Shown: positions 9,644 to 18,816 of the stretch, piece by piece
Layout: each line of letters opens with the position of its first letter
Numbering within the stretch: the first letter of the stretch is position 1
DNA from: a virus
Lineage: Duplodnaviria; Caudoviricetes
Reading direction: 5' to 3' (one strand)
Virus record (IMG/VR): IMGVR_UViG_3300010357_001370
Location: 10,927-74,926 of that record
DNA: 64,000 bases
Position numbers and translations under genes: made by a program
The notes under the pieces: model-generated
Database searches by the model: none
What the model was told of the DNA's origin: nothing
The model's input: the letters and a program-made list of their open reading frames with translations, nothing else

Positions 9644-10008
9644 AATAACTCCGATTCGTCTGGCAGGAATTCTTCGTCAGGAGTGTAGCGAGCTACCTCA
9701 ACATCTCTATCTACTACGACTTGATTTTTTGTAAACGTAGCTACCCCAACATCGTTGCGGGCAGTAGACTTTGATCCTTTCTTAATTCGGTAACCATGCT
9801 CACTCCATTCTTGAAATGTATGAGGGGTACCGGCATCGAATTTTTTTTCTTTCTTTTTCTTTTTAGGAACTGGCTCTTCTACGTCTACGTATTCCTTAGC
9901 TAATATATTCCGAATCTCTTCCCAGAGCTCGCTCCAACACGGGCCATGAGGAGGCCAGTCCTGAAGTTCAGCAGCTATCTGCTTAGCTACGCGCTCATGC
10001 TTCGTCAT
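9640..10008 (-). CDS. Hypothetical protein with an ArdC-like ssDNA-binding motif
   Basis: HTFQEWSEHGYRIKKGSKS resembles the TFxQWxxxGxxVxKGxK motif. Confidence 0.4.
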   Translation of the reverse strand: MTKHERVAKQIAAELQDWPPHGPCWSELWEEIRNILAKEYVDVEEPVPKKKKKEKKFDAGTPHTFQEWSEHGYRIKKGSKSTARNDVGVATFTKNQVVVDRDVEVARYTPDEEFLPDESELF

Positions 10009-10315
10009 CTTCTATAAACTCCCAGACTACAGAGGTTATTCGATCTCCATTTTTCTTCCAAATAGGAGCCGGCTCGTCGGGAGAGAGTGGAATATAGTAG
10101 ACATCGTCATCTGTTAAGAAGCCATGCTTACCAGAGAAAATATGGTATACGTAAGTCTTTCCATCCTGTTCAAATGGCTCTTCAGTATACTCTCCTTCAA
10201 ACGGGCCACCAACGTCTTCAAACCAGTAAAGAACGCGCTGGCCGTTCTTTGGATACCGGTCGCGCGCTCTGATCCAGACTCTACCTGGAATATCTGGTCG
10301 TATGTGCGAACGCAC
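9995..10315 (-). CDS. Hypothetical protein
   Basis: 106 aa, coupled to both neighbours. Confidence 0.5.
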   Translation of the reverse strand: MRSHIRPDIPGRVWIRARDRYPKNGQRVLYWFEDVGGPFEGEYTEEPFEQDGKTYVYHIFSGKHGFLTDDDVYYIPLSPDEPAPIWKKNGDRITSVVWEFIEDDEA

Positions 10316-10803
10316 TATCTGCCACCGATCTTCTCGATCTCGCCCCAGCCTTCCTTATCGATGGCCTTGAGAGCGTCCATGAAGCCGGAGTACTGACGCA
10401 TCATAATGCTGTCGTCGATCGTAGTCTTAGCGCGATCGACTCCGTTCTTGAGATCCTTATTGACTCGGTCCTGGCAGAGCTGGAAGTTCTTCGAATCCAT
10501 CATGACGACAAGCTTAGTCGAAGCGCCCTGCTCTCGTGCGATCTTGAGTAGCTTATTACGTGTGCCAGCGTTCGTGGACGTAGCGTCCCAAACGACGTCC
10601 TTACCCTGGTTGAGTAGGTACTCGGTCATCGCGAAGCAGGTATCAGCGACCTGATGATTCTTCGACTGATCGGAGATGTCCCCGGTCCAGATCTTGCGGA
10701 GGGTATCCATGTTGACTCGGATATATCCAGCCTCTTCCATTTCGGAGGCGTAGCGGGACTTTCCCGAACCAGAGATATCGAGGGTAGCGATAAGCTTAGC
10801 CAT
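10315..10803 (-). CDS. Polynucleotide-kinase-like P-loop kinase (AAA_33 type)
   Basis: ISGSGKS Walker A, RVNMDTLR and VVWDATS motifs. Confidence 0.8.
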   Translation of the reverse strand: MAKLIATLDISGSGKSRYASEMEEAGYIRVNMDTLRKIWTGDISDQSKNHQVADTCFAMTEYLLNQGKDVVWDATSTNAGTRNKLLKIAREQGASTKLVVMMDSKNFQLCQDRVNKDLKNGVDRAKTTIDDSIMMRQYSGFMDALKAIDKEGWGEIEKIGGR

Positions 10804-10813
10804 TTGAGGCTCC

Positions 10814-11230
10814 TTACTGAATGCTTAGAATGAAATTGCGAAGAGCGATCTTGTCGCGTCCCAATTCTTCCCAGACGTCGTTAATCTGAGATGTGGGAAA
10901 GAGCTTGATGGTCATATCAGGAAAAGCTTCCTGAAGGATCATAAGCATGTTGGTGCCGCCGACCGTATTGTTGCTATGAATGAGGATGCGCTTGACAGTA
11001 GGAAGCTGGAGCTTCTCGTCCCGAATAGCCTTTGCCATCCCCGTGCCGTTTAATCCCGAACCAAGGTCATGATCCAGCATCAACGTATCTGCTACGATCT
11101 CACCCTTGCGGATAGATGCGAGGAAGCTCTCGGCAGTGTACGATGAATCGTAGTCGTTACCAATAAGCTTCGTGAAGAGCGAGAACCTAGTAACATCATC
11201 ATCGAGGATTAGGATCTGGTGCTTCATCAT
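10814..11230 (-). CDS. Cyclic-phosphate-processing receiver-like domain protein
   Basis: ILILDDD, LDHDLG and ILIHSNNTVG motifs are characteristic of this phage receiver-fold family; adjacent to the kinase. Confidence 0.7.
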   Translation of the reverse strand: MMKHQILILDDDVTRFSLFTKLIGNDYDSSYTAESFLASIRKGEIVADTLMLDHDLGSGLNGTGMAKAIRDEKLQLPTVKRILIHSNNTVGGTNMLMILQEAFPDMTIKLFPTSQINDVWEELGRDKIALRNFILSIQ

Positions 11231-11260
11231 ACCTATAATATCAAAATGCCTCTCAGAGAG

Positions 11261-11836
11261 TTAGACTGAGTACACATGAACATTTTGAATCTTGTTTTTC
11301 TTACAATGAGAGTCAATTACTTGCTTATGCACCGGGTCATCATCTATCAGAAAAACGTGATCGAAGACTTGACCATCTATTAACTGAAGAATGATTTGAA
11401 GCTTCCGTTCGCTGTCTGTCATGCTACTAGGAAAAGGATACTTCGGGTCATGAATGGCAAATATAAGATCTGGGTCGATTGTGATATCTATCCCTTGTTT
11501 AGCTAAGAATCTTGGCAAGGCTTCTTCAACAGCTAGCTCGCTTGAACGAGCAGTTAGAATACCTATCTCAGCTTCACCGACTGCGTCACGAAGTATATCG
11601 AGGCCTGGACCGGGCTTTGCGCTCAAGAAGGATTTGGTAACTTCCTCTACGGATGTGAACTCTACGAAGTCTAATTTGAAAGCTTGCGTTCGACCAGCTT
11701 TCTTCCAATCCCTGTATTCGTCAGTCGGCAGGCGATATACCACTTCATCAGTATCCGGATCACGAAGAAGTATTCGTGCATCAGTGACGAGGAGGGTATC
11801 GTCTAGATCAAACAGTACAAGGGTCGAACGCAGCAT
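11261..11836 (-). CDS. HAD-superfamily phosphatase
   Basis: FDLDDTL, LTARS and LIDDD motifs. Confidence 0.75.
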   Translation of the reverse strand: MLRSTLVLFDLDDTLLVTDARILLRDPDTDEVVYRLPTDEYRDWKKAGRTQAFKLDFVEFTSVEEVTKSFLSAKPGPGLDILRDAVGEAEIGILTARSSELAVEEALPRFLAKQGIDITIDPDLIFAIHDPKYPFPSSMTDSERKLQIILQLIDGQVFDHVFLIDDDPVHKQVIDSHCKKNKIQNVHVYSV

Positions 11837-11841
11837 GACAT

Positions 11842-12300
11842 TTACATCTCCAGTATTTCGCGAGTCTTAAGAGTTACGTCGTACTCAAACCAAACATCAG
11901 GAGAAGCAGACGCTACCTTGTCCCGGAGTTCTTTTATTTCAGATGGAGAACGAGGCTGTCCATCCTCAATAAAAGCTACTCTGCAGTTAGGTATCGTTTC
12001 TTTAAGAGCATTCATTATAACAGATGCTACAGCAGTACGACCTGTTCCTAGTGCGCCAGATATCTCAATCTGAACCTTCTTCACGTCTCTACCTACCTTT
12101 GGAGGAACTGGCGGAGGAGCTGGTTTACCATATTCCTCTTTAAGCACACAAACTGTCGGGCGCTTTACCAACTCCTCACATATAGTAGGTCCCCATCCGA
12201 AAAAACGTTGTTTGACTTTCGGATGGGTGCACTCCTCGCCGTTCCTGAGGTACGTGCAGTTCACACTTTTCATTATTTTACTCCAGCTTGCCTTGCCCAA
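11842..12300 (-). CDS. Hypothetical protein
   Basis: 152 aa; Cys-rich N-terminus and a P-loop-like GALGTGRT. Confidence 0.45.
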   Translation of the reverse strand: MGKASWSKIMKSVNCTYLRNGEECTHPKVKQRFFGWGPTICEELVKRPTVCVLKEEYGKPAPPPVPPKVGRDVKKVQIEISGALGTGRTAVASVIMNALKETIPNCRVAFIEDGQPRSPSEIKELRDKVASASPDVWFEYDVTLKTREILEM

Positions 12301-13106
12301 TCTCTCTGCTTGATGACAATACCGCGAGTAGGGTAAAGCCCAGACGCAGCAGATAGCGGGCAGAACTGCTTAAAGCCGCAGAAGGGACAGAACTCGCACA
12401 TACGATTCAAATTAGCTTCTGGTGCCCAGGTGCTACTCTCAATAGTCGTAATCTTATCTGCGAAAGATCTTCGAACGTCATCGAGAGTCTGCTTAGTGAA
12501 TTTAATTGCCTTGAAGACCTTAAGAGGGTCTTCCTTGTCCTGATCAGCAAGAGCGAAATAGATGTTAACAGCAACCTTGTTGACGAGCTCGTCTTCAGGA
12601 ATTCCGTACTGCTTGTGAAGTGCCCAGGCATAGAGCATCATCTGATCTACATAGTACGATGTGTTTGAACTCTTACCGGTCTTATAGTCTATAATATGGA
12701 AGGAACCGTCTGGCTTCTCGAGGAGAACGTCAAGCTTCCCGGTGAAGTTATTCCCATCAAGTTCAAATCTAAATTCAATTTCCTTATGTACCTTGCCACC
12801 GGCAAAGATCACAGGAGCCATTACCTCGTCGTAAAACTTTAGGAATCGCTTAATAGGAATTTCGAGAGAGAACTCTTCGGGAAGAGTAAATTGCTTCTCT
12901 ACTTCAAGGCGACGCTGCTCAATGTAGTCTGGTGACCACGAGGGATCGTAGTGCTCTGCAAACTGGTGGAAGGCATTTCCCTTTCGAGTCAGAACGTTCT
13001 GAACCGTGTCTTCGGCGTAGTAGCCTCTCTTGTACTGCAGGGAGTACTTCAATCGACAAGATTCGAAAGTACCGACTCTTGATGATGAATACGTTGCTTT
13101 TGCCAT
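12273..13106 (-). CDS. PD-(D/E)XK nuclease, RecB/Cas4-like
   Basis: FESC, GNAFH, GKLDVL, IIDYKTG, QMMLY and a C-terminal CEFCPFCGFKQFC cluster. Confidence 0.85.
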   Translation of the reverse strand: MAKATYSSSRVGTFESCRLKYSLQYKRGYYAEDTVQNVLTRKGNAFHQFAEHYDPSWSPDYIEQRRLEVEKQFTLPEEFSLEIPIKRFLKFYDEVMAPVIFAGGKVHKEIEFRFELDGNNFTGKLDVLLEKPDGSFHIIDYKTGKSSNTSYYVDQMMLYAWALHKQYGIPEDELVNKVAVNIYFALADQDKEDPLKVFKAIKFTKQTLDDVRRSFADKITTIESSTWAPEANLNRMCEFCPFCGFKQFCPLSAASGLYPTRGIVIKQRDWARQAGVK

Positions 13107-13154
13107 GTGATATCCTTTAATGGGTGAGTAATAAATATAATATACAATACGATT

Positions 13155-14303
13155 CTATAGCTTAGAGAGGATGTAGGGAATATCGACTTCTCGATCGAGC
13201 CTCGAGATACTATCTCCCATCAAGTCTTCTCCAAGGCTATTAAGAAAGAGTGGAGGAGGAAGAACGATCAAGTCGGTTTCTGAAGTTGCATATTTCTTTA
13301 TAGCTATAAGGATATCTTCAATTGTGAGTAACCCTGCGCATATAATATTGCCACCGTACGTAGCATTATCTATAAAATGAACAGTGTTAGAGGCTGCTTG
13401 AATAGATACCGTTGATTCTATTTTATCTTTAATCATCTGGAAAGCTGCGCGGGATGTTAGCCAAAGAACATTTCCTACCCAATAGGAATCAGACAGCTCC
13501 TGAATAGTAGCTTCGGAAAGGCTATATCGAGTAGTTTCTAACGTTCCTATTTCTCTGAATTGGCATTCGGGATGCTCTTCAGCCTTCTTAGTAAGAAACG
13601 AGTGTAGCTCCCTATGATCTAGGGTTGAAGCATACCGAAAAAATTCTGAGTCGGGTGAGTACTTTGTATAGCCAGGATACCAGAATACGAGTCGATTAAC
13701 TTGTCGAGCAATTATTTGTTCTATCGTATTAGCAAGATCTTCATACCCGACTAGGTTAGGTAGCGCAACGGTAGATGTGTCTACTGAAATACCCGCGCTA
13801 TTAAGCTTATCGAAAGATTCGATCGCAGTCTTAAAAAGACCCGAACTCGTTGTTCCTAGTATTCTGAGCCAGTGCTTCTCAGTAAAGGATGGGATAGAGA
13901 TCGATACGTCGATCGGAGTGTACCTAGCTAATAAAGTTATGATATCGTCCGTGAGGGGACTTCCATTTGTTGTGATTGCTATTCGGATTTGAGAGGGTAA
14001 ACAGCGCCGTATCTCCCGAAGGATTGTTGCTAGCTCAGGATGAAGAAGAGCTTCTCCCTCCGAGACGGTGCCAGGGAACATGTTGCTTAGGCTCAACGAG
14101 GCACTCTCAGTCTTAAGGCAGCTGTTCTTTACAAAATACAACTCTCGATAAAATTCTTCAAGAGATAGAAAGCCTGGCCTCTCTGTATGAAACGGATTCT
14201 GCTTATTAGAACAAAAGAAGCAAGAGGTGTTACAGACTGCTGATATTGGAATCCCTGAATCTCTATGACCTGTTAATTTAGAAAGAATGAAGGGTGTGAC
14301 CAT
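13155..14303 (-). CDS. Radical SAM protein with a DUF512-like C-terminus
   Basis: CNTSCFFC, GEALLHP, TTNG and C-terminal NATYGGNIICAGLLTIEDI. Confidence 0.8.
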   Translation of the reverse strand: MVTPFILSKLTGHRDSGIPISAVCNTSCFFCSNKQNPFHTERPGFLSLEEFYRELYFVKNSCLKTESASLSLSNMFPGTVSEGEALLHPELATILREIRRCLPSQIRIAITTNGSPLTDDIITLLARYTPIDVSISIPSFTEKHWLRILGTTSSGLFKTAIESFDKLNSAGISVDTSTVALPNLVGYEDLANTIEQIIARQVNRLVFWYPGYTKYSPDSEFFRYASTLDHRELHSFLTKKAEEHPECQFREIGTLETTRYSLSEATIQELSDSYWVGNVLWLTSRAAFQMIKDKIESTVSIQAASNTVHFIDNATYGGNIICAGLLTIEDILIAIKKYATSETDLIVLPPPLFLNSLGEDLMGDSISRLDREVDIPYILSKL

Positions 14304-14341
14304 ATGTACAATATAAAAGGCGGTCTTTCGACCGCCTTACT

Positions 14342-14635
14342 TTAGATGTACATACATGCTCTGTTGTAGACTTCTTCCCAGCCACCCATTGCTTGGGCTT
14401 TTGCATCTGTGCAATAACCCTCTTCGCGAGCCTCGTCTGCAAAACCAAGAACATCGTCATAGTTGTGCTCGGCAGCATGACCTAGCATGTCCCAATCAAG
14501 CTTCGGGATACGTCTTCGTGCCGGTTTAGGCAATCCGGCAATATCACCCTGATCTTCAATCTCGTCTGCCTCAATGAGATGACTTAGAGCTCTATCGATT
14601 CCATCCAGGGCTTCAAGTAACTTTTTATAGCTCAT
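14342..14635 (-). CDS. Hypothetical protein
   Basis: 97-aa acidic ORF. Confidence 0.5.
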   Translation of the reverse strand: MSYKKLLEALDGIDRALSHLIEADEIEDQGDIAGLPKPARRRIPKLDWDMLGHAAEHNYDDVLGFADEAREEGYCTDAKAQAMGGWEEVYNRACMYI

Positions 14636-14743
14636 CGTTGTTACGCCAATTCGCGAGTATCGCCATTGACTAAAGCAGCGAGATCGTCGCCACCACTTAT
14701 ATCATCCTGAACAGATTCCCGAATGCGATCCAGAGAAAGGCTA

Positions 14744-15898
14744 TCATCCGTTTCTGTTAGGCCTTCCAGCCGGAAATAAGAAGTTTTCAACAACTCGGCC
14801 ACTCATCAAGAGAGCAGCTACATCTCCAGCATCGGCTCCTGGCTCCTGCTTAGATACAAGCTCCTTCATTCGGGCAATACCGGCAGAAGCTTCGTCTTCG
14901 TTAGCCTCGGATAGAAGGGCGGAAGCAACAGCCCCGGCTCCTAGGCGCTCGTTAATTTCAGAATCGAGAACGTGGGACTCAACGAGATCGCGCCAGCCAG
15001 ACATATCTGCAACATCCTGCTTAACGTACGGGCTGACGAGCATGTCAGCTTCCTGGAGCTTTGAAGGCTTCTTCTGAGCGGACTCAACTACCTTCTTATA
15101 GACCTTCTCTTCGTTATTACGAGTAAAAACTTCAGGGGTGGACGGCTTACGCTGGTAGCCTTCCTTAATCATACTGAAATCGAGAACACCTTCCTGAAGT
15201 GGCTGTTCCTGGTGCTCAGCTTCCCATCGCTCTTTCATAACGTCAAGTAGCTCCTGGCCCTTAGCCTTTAAGATTGCGCTCTCACGAGTTCTACGAGAAG
15301 AGCTCTCTTCAAGTTCTCCATCAGCCCAGTTGTACTTACCAACTCGATGGCCGCCGCAGGCGTAACACTCTACTACGCCATCCTCATCGCAAGTTACATC
15401 AGAGCTTCCACAGGAAGGACAAACATCTGTACCTTCCTTTATATGATGAACACTCTCGTACATTCCCTCTTCTGGAAGCTCAGCTGCTCCAGCTTCAAGT
15501 CCAGTCATTGCACCAGTAGGAGCTGGAGGCGGCATACCAGCAGCCGCGGCAGCACCGACGGCATCGGGGCTCATCGGAGCTCCAGGCATTGCACCGACAT
15601 CAGCCCCACCTGGAACCGCGTCATCCTGACGACCAACGCGCACCTTAGAGAGCGGAAGGCTATCAAGGAAGCGAACGACTGAGTCTATTGCAACCGGGTT
15701 AGATGGAGAATCGATATACTGCTGTAGCGCAGGAACGAGCATGGTTCGAAGCTGATTGGGAATGACGCGGGCAATCTCGCCACCAAAAGAGTTGGCATCA
15801 TTCGCAGCTTCATTCGCCGTCTGAATTACCTCAGTCAGCATCTCCTTAATAGAGAAAAGCTTCTCGTATAGCTTGTCAATGTTTGGCTTGGTTGCCAT
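14744..15898 (-). CDS. Hypothetical protein with an internal Zn ribbon, possible head protein
   Basis: CPSC...CYAC and many (I/L)xE-(G/S/A) motifs; ACTAACTA motif upstream at 15932-15939. Confidence 0.55.
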   Translation of the reverse strand: MATKPNIDKLYEKLFSIKEMLTEVIQTANEAANDANSFGGEIARVIPNQLRTMLVPALQQYIDSPSNPVAIDSVVRFLDSLPLSKVRVGRQDDAVPGGADVGAMPGAPMSPDAVGAAAAAGMPPPAPTGAMTGLEAGAAELPEEGMYESVHHIKEGTDVCPSCGSSDVTCDEDGVVECYACGGHRVGKYNWADGELEESSSRRTRESAILKAKGQELLDVMKERWEAEHQEQPLQEGVLDFSMIKEGYQRKPSTPEVFTRNNEEKVYKKVVESAQKKPSKLQEADMLVSPYVKQDVADMSGWRDLVESHVLDSEINERLGAGAVASALLSEANEDEASAGIARMKELVSKQEPGADAGDVAALLMSGRVVENFLFPAGRPNRNG

Positions 15899-15947
15899 AA
15901 ATCACTCCTATTTCCGTTGTGGATCCGTATCTAGTTAGTGAGAATCG

Positions 15948-16256
15948 TTATTGATGGTGGTGTAACCCAGAACCGATAACGACACCATCGATAAATCTTT
16001 GCTGTCTCGATGCTTGTTCGTTCTGAGCAATCTCATCAATAGCCTCTCGAGGATCAACATCAGATTCCGCAAGATCTTTCCAAAACTCAATTGAATCACA
16101 AGGAGGGGTGCAAACCTCCACAAACTGTGAAAGATTGCACCCATACTCTTCGAGGAGGTATTCGCGGCATTCATCGAAAAACGCAGCGTTTTTTGTGTCT
16201 TCCCGTATCTGATCCCAAAATTGATCTGGCTCAGACTTGTAATAACTGTTAACCAT
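15948..16256 (-). CDS. Hypothetical protein
   Basis: 102-aa acidic ORF. Confidence 0.5.
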   Translation of the reverse strand: MVNSYYKSEPDQFWDQIREDTKNAAFFDECREYLLEEYGCNLSQFVEVCTPPCDSIEFWKDLAESDVDPREAIDEIAQNEQASRQQRFIDGVVIGSGLHHHQ

Positions 16257-16262
16257 GCGTAA

Positions 16263-16637
16263 TTAGTCTGAATCTTCTACAACATTGGCAATTGCGCTAT
16301 CAATCTTCTTCTGCAGCACATCTGTTAATACGTTATGCTTTTCGTCGTAGATTTCTCCAACCAGCTTCTTGAAGAACGTCGACGCAGCGATATACGTATC
16401 GACATTAGTTTCAATTGTTCCGTCTGCTCCGAGCTGATCGTTCACATAGCGAACTCCTACAGTCCCTAGAAACGGAACTTGAAGTAAGTTCAGCTTAGTA
16501 GGATCTCTGGTAATTTGCTCTATCCATCGGATCAGTGTGAACTCCCAGACCTCGCGAATAACGTCGCGCTGAATGCCGGAGAGGGCAGAAATCTCTTCTA
16601 GCGTATGCTTAGTCTCTTCATCTAGTTTAAGGAACAT
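16263..16637 (-). CDS. Possible HU/IHF-like DNA-binding protein
   Basis: Helix-turn-helix-like start (LEEISALSGIQRDVIREVW) followed by QVPFLGTVGVR, resembling the HU fold. Confidence 0.35.
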   Translation of the reverse strand: MFLKLDEETKHTLEEISALSGIQRDVIREVWEFTLIRWIEQITRDPTKLNLLQVPFLGTVGVRYVNDQLGADGTIETNVDTYIAASTFFKKLVGEIYDEKHNVLTDVLQKKIDSAIANVVEDSD

Positions 16638-16640
16638 ATG

Positions 16641-18299
16641 TTATCGTACCCTTTCCTTCGACGGCTCAGCCGTACTGTAACTGATAATATACTCACGAGT
16701 GTAATTGGGATACAGCTTTCCATCTTCCTTCTTTGAAATAAGGGAATTACCGGACGAGCCCTTAATCTCTAGCAGTCTGTTTGTGAAGGTGGTAGCAAGG
16801 CTAGGAGCAATACCGGCCCCGGCTGCAGCCATCGCCGGTTCAGCAAGAGCACCGGTAGTGGTGCTGTTTTCAAATAAACCGTTTACAAAGTTGACAAACA
16901 TATCCTTAACAGCTTCTGTAGTTTTACCAAATCGATATGTCTTAGCCTCAGCTACCTGGGTAGGCGGAGTCGTTGACGTTCTTGGAAGATCCACTACCTT
17001 GTGTTGCTGATCTCCGACGGAGACGATCGCGGGTGCAGGACGAACCGGTACGGCACGTTCTGATTCGGGAAAGGTAGCGTCCTTATGGACGACCTCCTCT
17101 ACAACCACTGGCTCCTCTACGGGAGCGATTGCAGCAGGAACTAAAACGGGTTGAGCAACTGGCTGCTCAATATGCGGAGGTACTGGTTTCCGGATTGGAA
17201 CCGAGCCTACAGTAGTTCGTTCATCTGGAACAATAGTCGTCGGCTTCTTTTTCTCTTCTGCAGGTGCCGGCGTTGGGGGAACCTTATCACTAGAGAGAAC
17301 GTTCTTTACGTCCATCTTCCAATCCATCCAACGCTGAGCTACTCGTCCTGCAAAGGATAGTCTACGAACTGCCATTTCCTTTCTCTTCTTACCCTGAGCA
17401 ACTGCGAGAAGCTCCTCGGCCTTATGCTGAGACATTTCATCCAGGAAGTGCTTTAGGTGCTTCTGATCAATAGGAATAGATGGTGATGAAGAGATAATGC
17501 CGACCTCTATGAGAACAGAGATCACTAAGAGTAGCCCCAGCATTAGGGAGCTTTCAGTTAAGCTTGGAATCAACCAAACGAGACCGGACGCCATCAGCTT
17601 AAACATACTGACTGACGTAGTCTGTGCTGCTGCAGATTCTGCTGCCTGAATTCGAAGCTCAGCTTCGTGAGCTTGCTCATTAGTTAGCTGAGCTTGAAGA
17701 GTAACAGACTGTGCCTGAATCTTAGCAATAGAATCAGAAAGAGACTTAGCAGCGGTTGTGAAATCCGGCGGTAGAGTCTTAAGGCGATCTGTATTTGTTT
17801 GAATCAACGTGGCGTACGAGTCTAACGTAGCCTGATAGCTCTTCTGAGCCTTTTGGCTAGCTTCAATCTGAATTGCTACGGCAGAAACACTCTGAGCTTC
17901 AATTCCTCGATTGATTACCGTTAGAGTGAAGCCGTAAGAGGCCATGATAGACACGAGAGCGAGTACAGTGTACAGAGAATATGCACGAACAGCCTGAGAC
18001 TTGAGCTTAAGTCGCCAGAGCGTGTTGCCTCGGACGATTGAGAAAATCTTAAAGAACTCAAACGTGATGGCGACTGCTACTAGAACAGTCTGCTCTAGCG
18101 GCTGAGATGAAAGGCGGTAAAACATGTTCACGGATAGTAGAATAGATACTACCGAGAAGCCGATAAATGCCAGGTACTTAAAAGCGACAAAGAGGGTCGA
18201 AACTGAGAAGAATCGACTCACCAGGTCTCTTAAGCCTAACAATATAGAAGAAATGGTGACTTTTTGCGTGCTCGGCACGCTGGTGTCTGTTGTGGACAT
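16641..18299 (-). CDS. Multi-pass membrane protein with a coiled coil and Pro-rich linker
   Basis: Three to five hydrophobic helices flank a heptad region; PV/PA-rich tail. Confidence 0.6.
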   Translation of the reverse strand: MSTTDTSVPSTQKVTISSILLGLRDLVSRFFSVSTLFVAFKYLAFIGFSVVSILLSVNMFYRLSSQPLEQTVLVAVAITFEFFKIFSIVRGNTLWRLKLKSQAVRAYSLYTVLALVSIMASYGFTLTVINRGIEAQSVSAVAIQIEASQKAQKSYQATLDSYATLIQTNTDRLKTLPPDFTTAAKSLSDSIAKIQAQSVTLQAQLTNEQAHEAELRIQAAESAAAQTTSVSMFKLMASGLVWLIPSLTESSLMLGLLLVISVLIEVGIISSSPSIPIDQKHLKHFLDEMSQHKAEELLAVAQGKKRKEMAVRRLSFAGRVAQRWMDWKMDVKNVLSSDKVPPTPAPAEEKKKPTTIVPDERTTVGSVPIRKPVPPHIEQPVAQPVLVPAAIAPVEEPVVVEEVVHKDATFPESERAVPVRPAPAIVSVGDQQHKVVDLPRTSTTPPTQVAEAKTYRFGKTTEAVKDMFVNFVNGLFENSTTTGALAEPAMAAAGAGIAPSLATTFTNRLLEIKGSSGNSLISKKEDGKLYPNYTREYIISYSTAEPSKERVR

Positions 18300-18390
18300 A
18301 CATCCTCTCCAATTGTTAAGAGCAGAGCTCTTCTTTAATATACAAGTACATCTGGTGCTACTTGTACTAATTTAGTGAATGAGGTACTAG

Positions 18391-18816
18391 ATGGCAGAAT
18401 CCGCACAACTCGTGACCGGCTTTGCAGAGGGAAACCTTGAACAGTGGTCCGGGATGCTTAAAACACAGGTCCCACGAATTTACTCCCTTCTGTTTAACAC
18501 GGTAGATCCTCTTATCTGCGCCTCTTTGATTGAATTAGTCGGCAGTAACACTAGGTTTCGAAAGAAGTCGGGTATTATATCTCCAGAACTGTCAGGACAG
18601 GCTGTTCGATCCTTTCAGGTTCGGCTAACGTACCGGGTTCCAGACTTTATTGGATTCACGGGATCCGACGAGGCCATCAATCAGGATAAACTATATATCC
18701 TTCGACGACTACAAAAGATTCCTGGAATCTCCTTTTCTGATACTGCTGTAACTATTCAGCCTAAAGATGGATCTATCGTAGTCTCCTTTACAGTTCCAGT
18801 GGGGTACATGCAATGA
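18391..18816 (+). CDS. Hypothetical protein
   Basis: 141 aa, RBS GAGG, coupled to the neck gene. Confidence 0.55.
   Translation: MAESAQLVTGFAEGNLEQWSGMLKTQVPRIYSLLFNTVDPLICASLIELVGSNTRFRKKSGIISPELSGQAVRSFQVRLTYRVPDFIGFTGSDEAINQDKLYILRRLQKIPGISFSDTAVTIQPKDGSIVVSFTVPVGYMQ

Noticed and set aside
9838-9864. Poly-T tract as a frameshift or phase-variation site
   Set aside because: It is an interrupted run encoding KKKKKEKK in an intact frame, with no alternative downstream ORF.
11842-12300. NTPase call from GALGTGRT
   Set aside because: The Walker A Lys is missing and there is no clear Walker B, so it is left as hypothetical.
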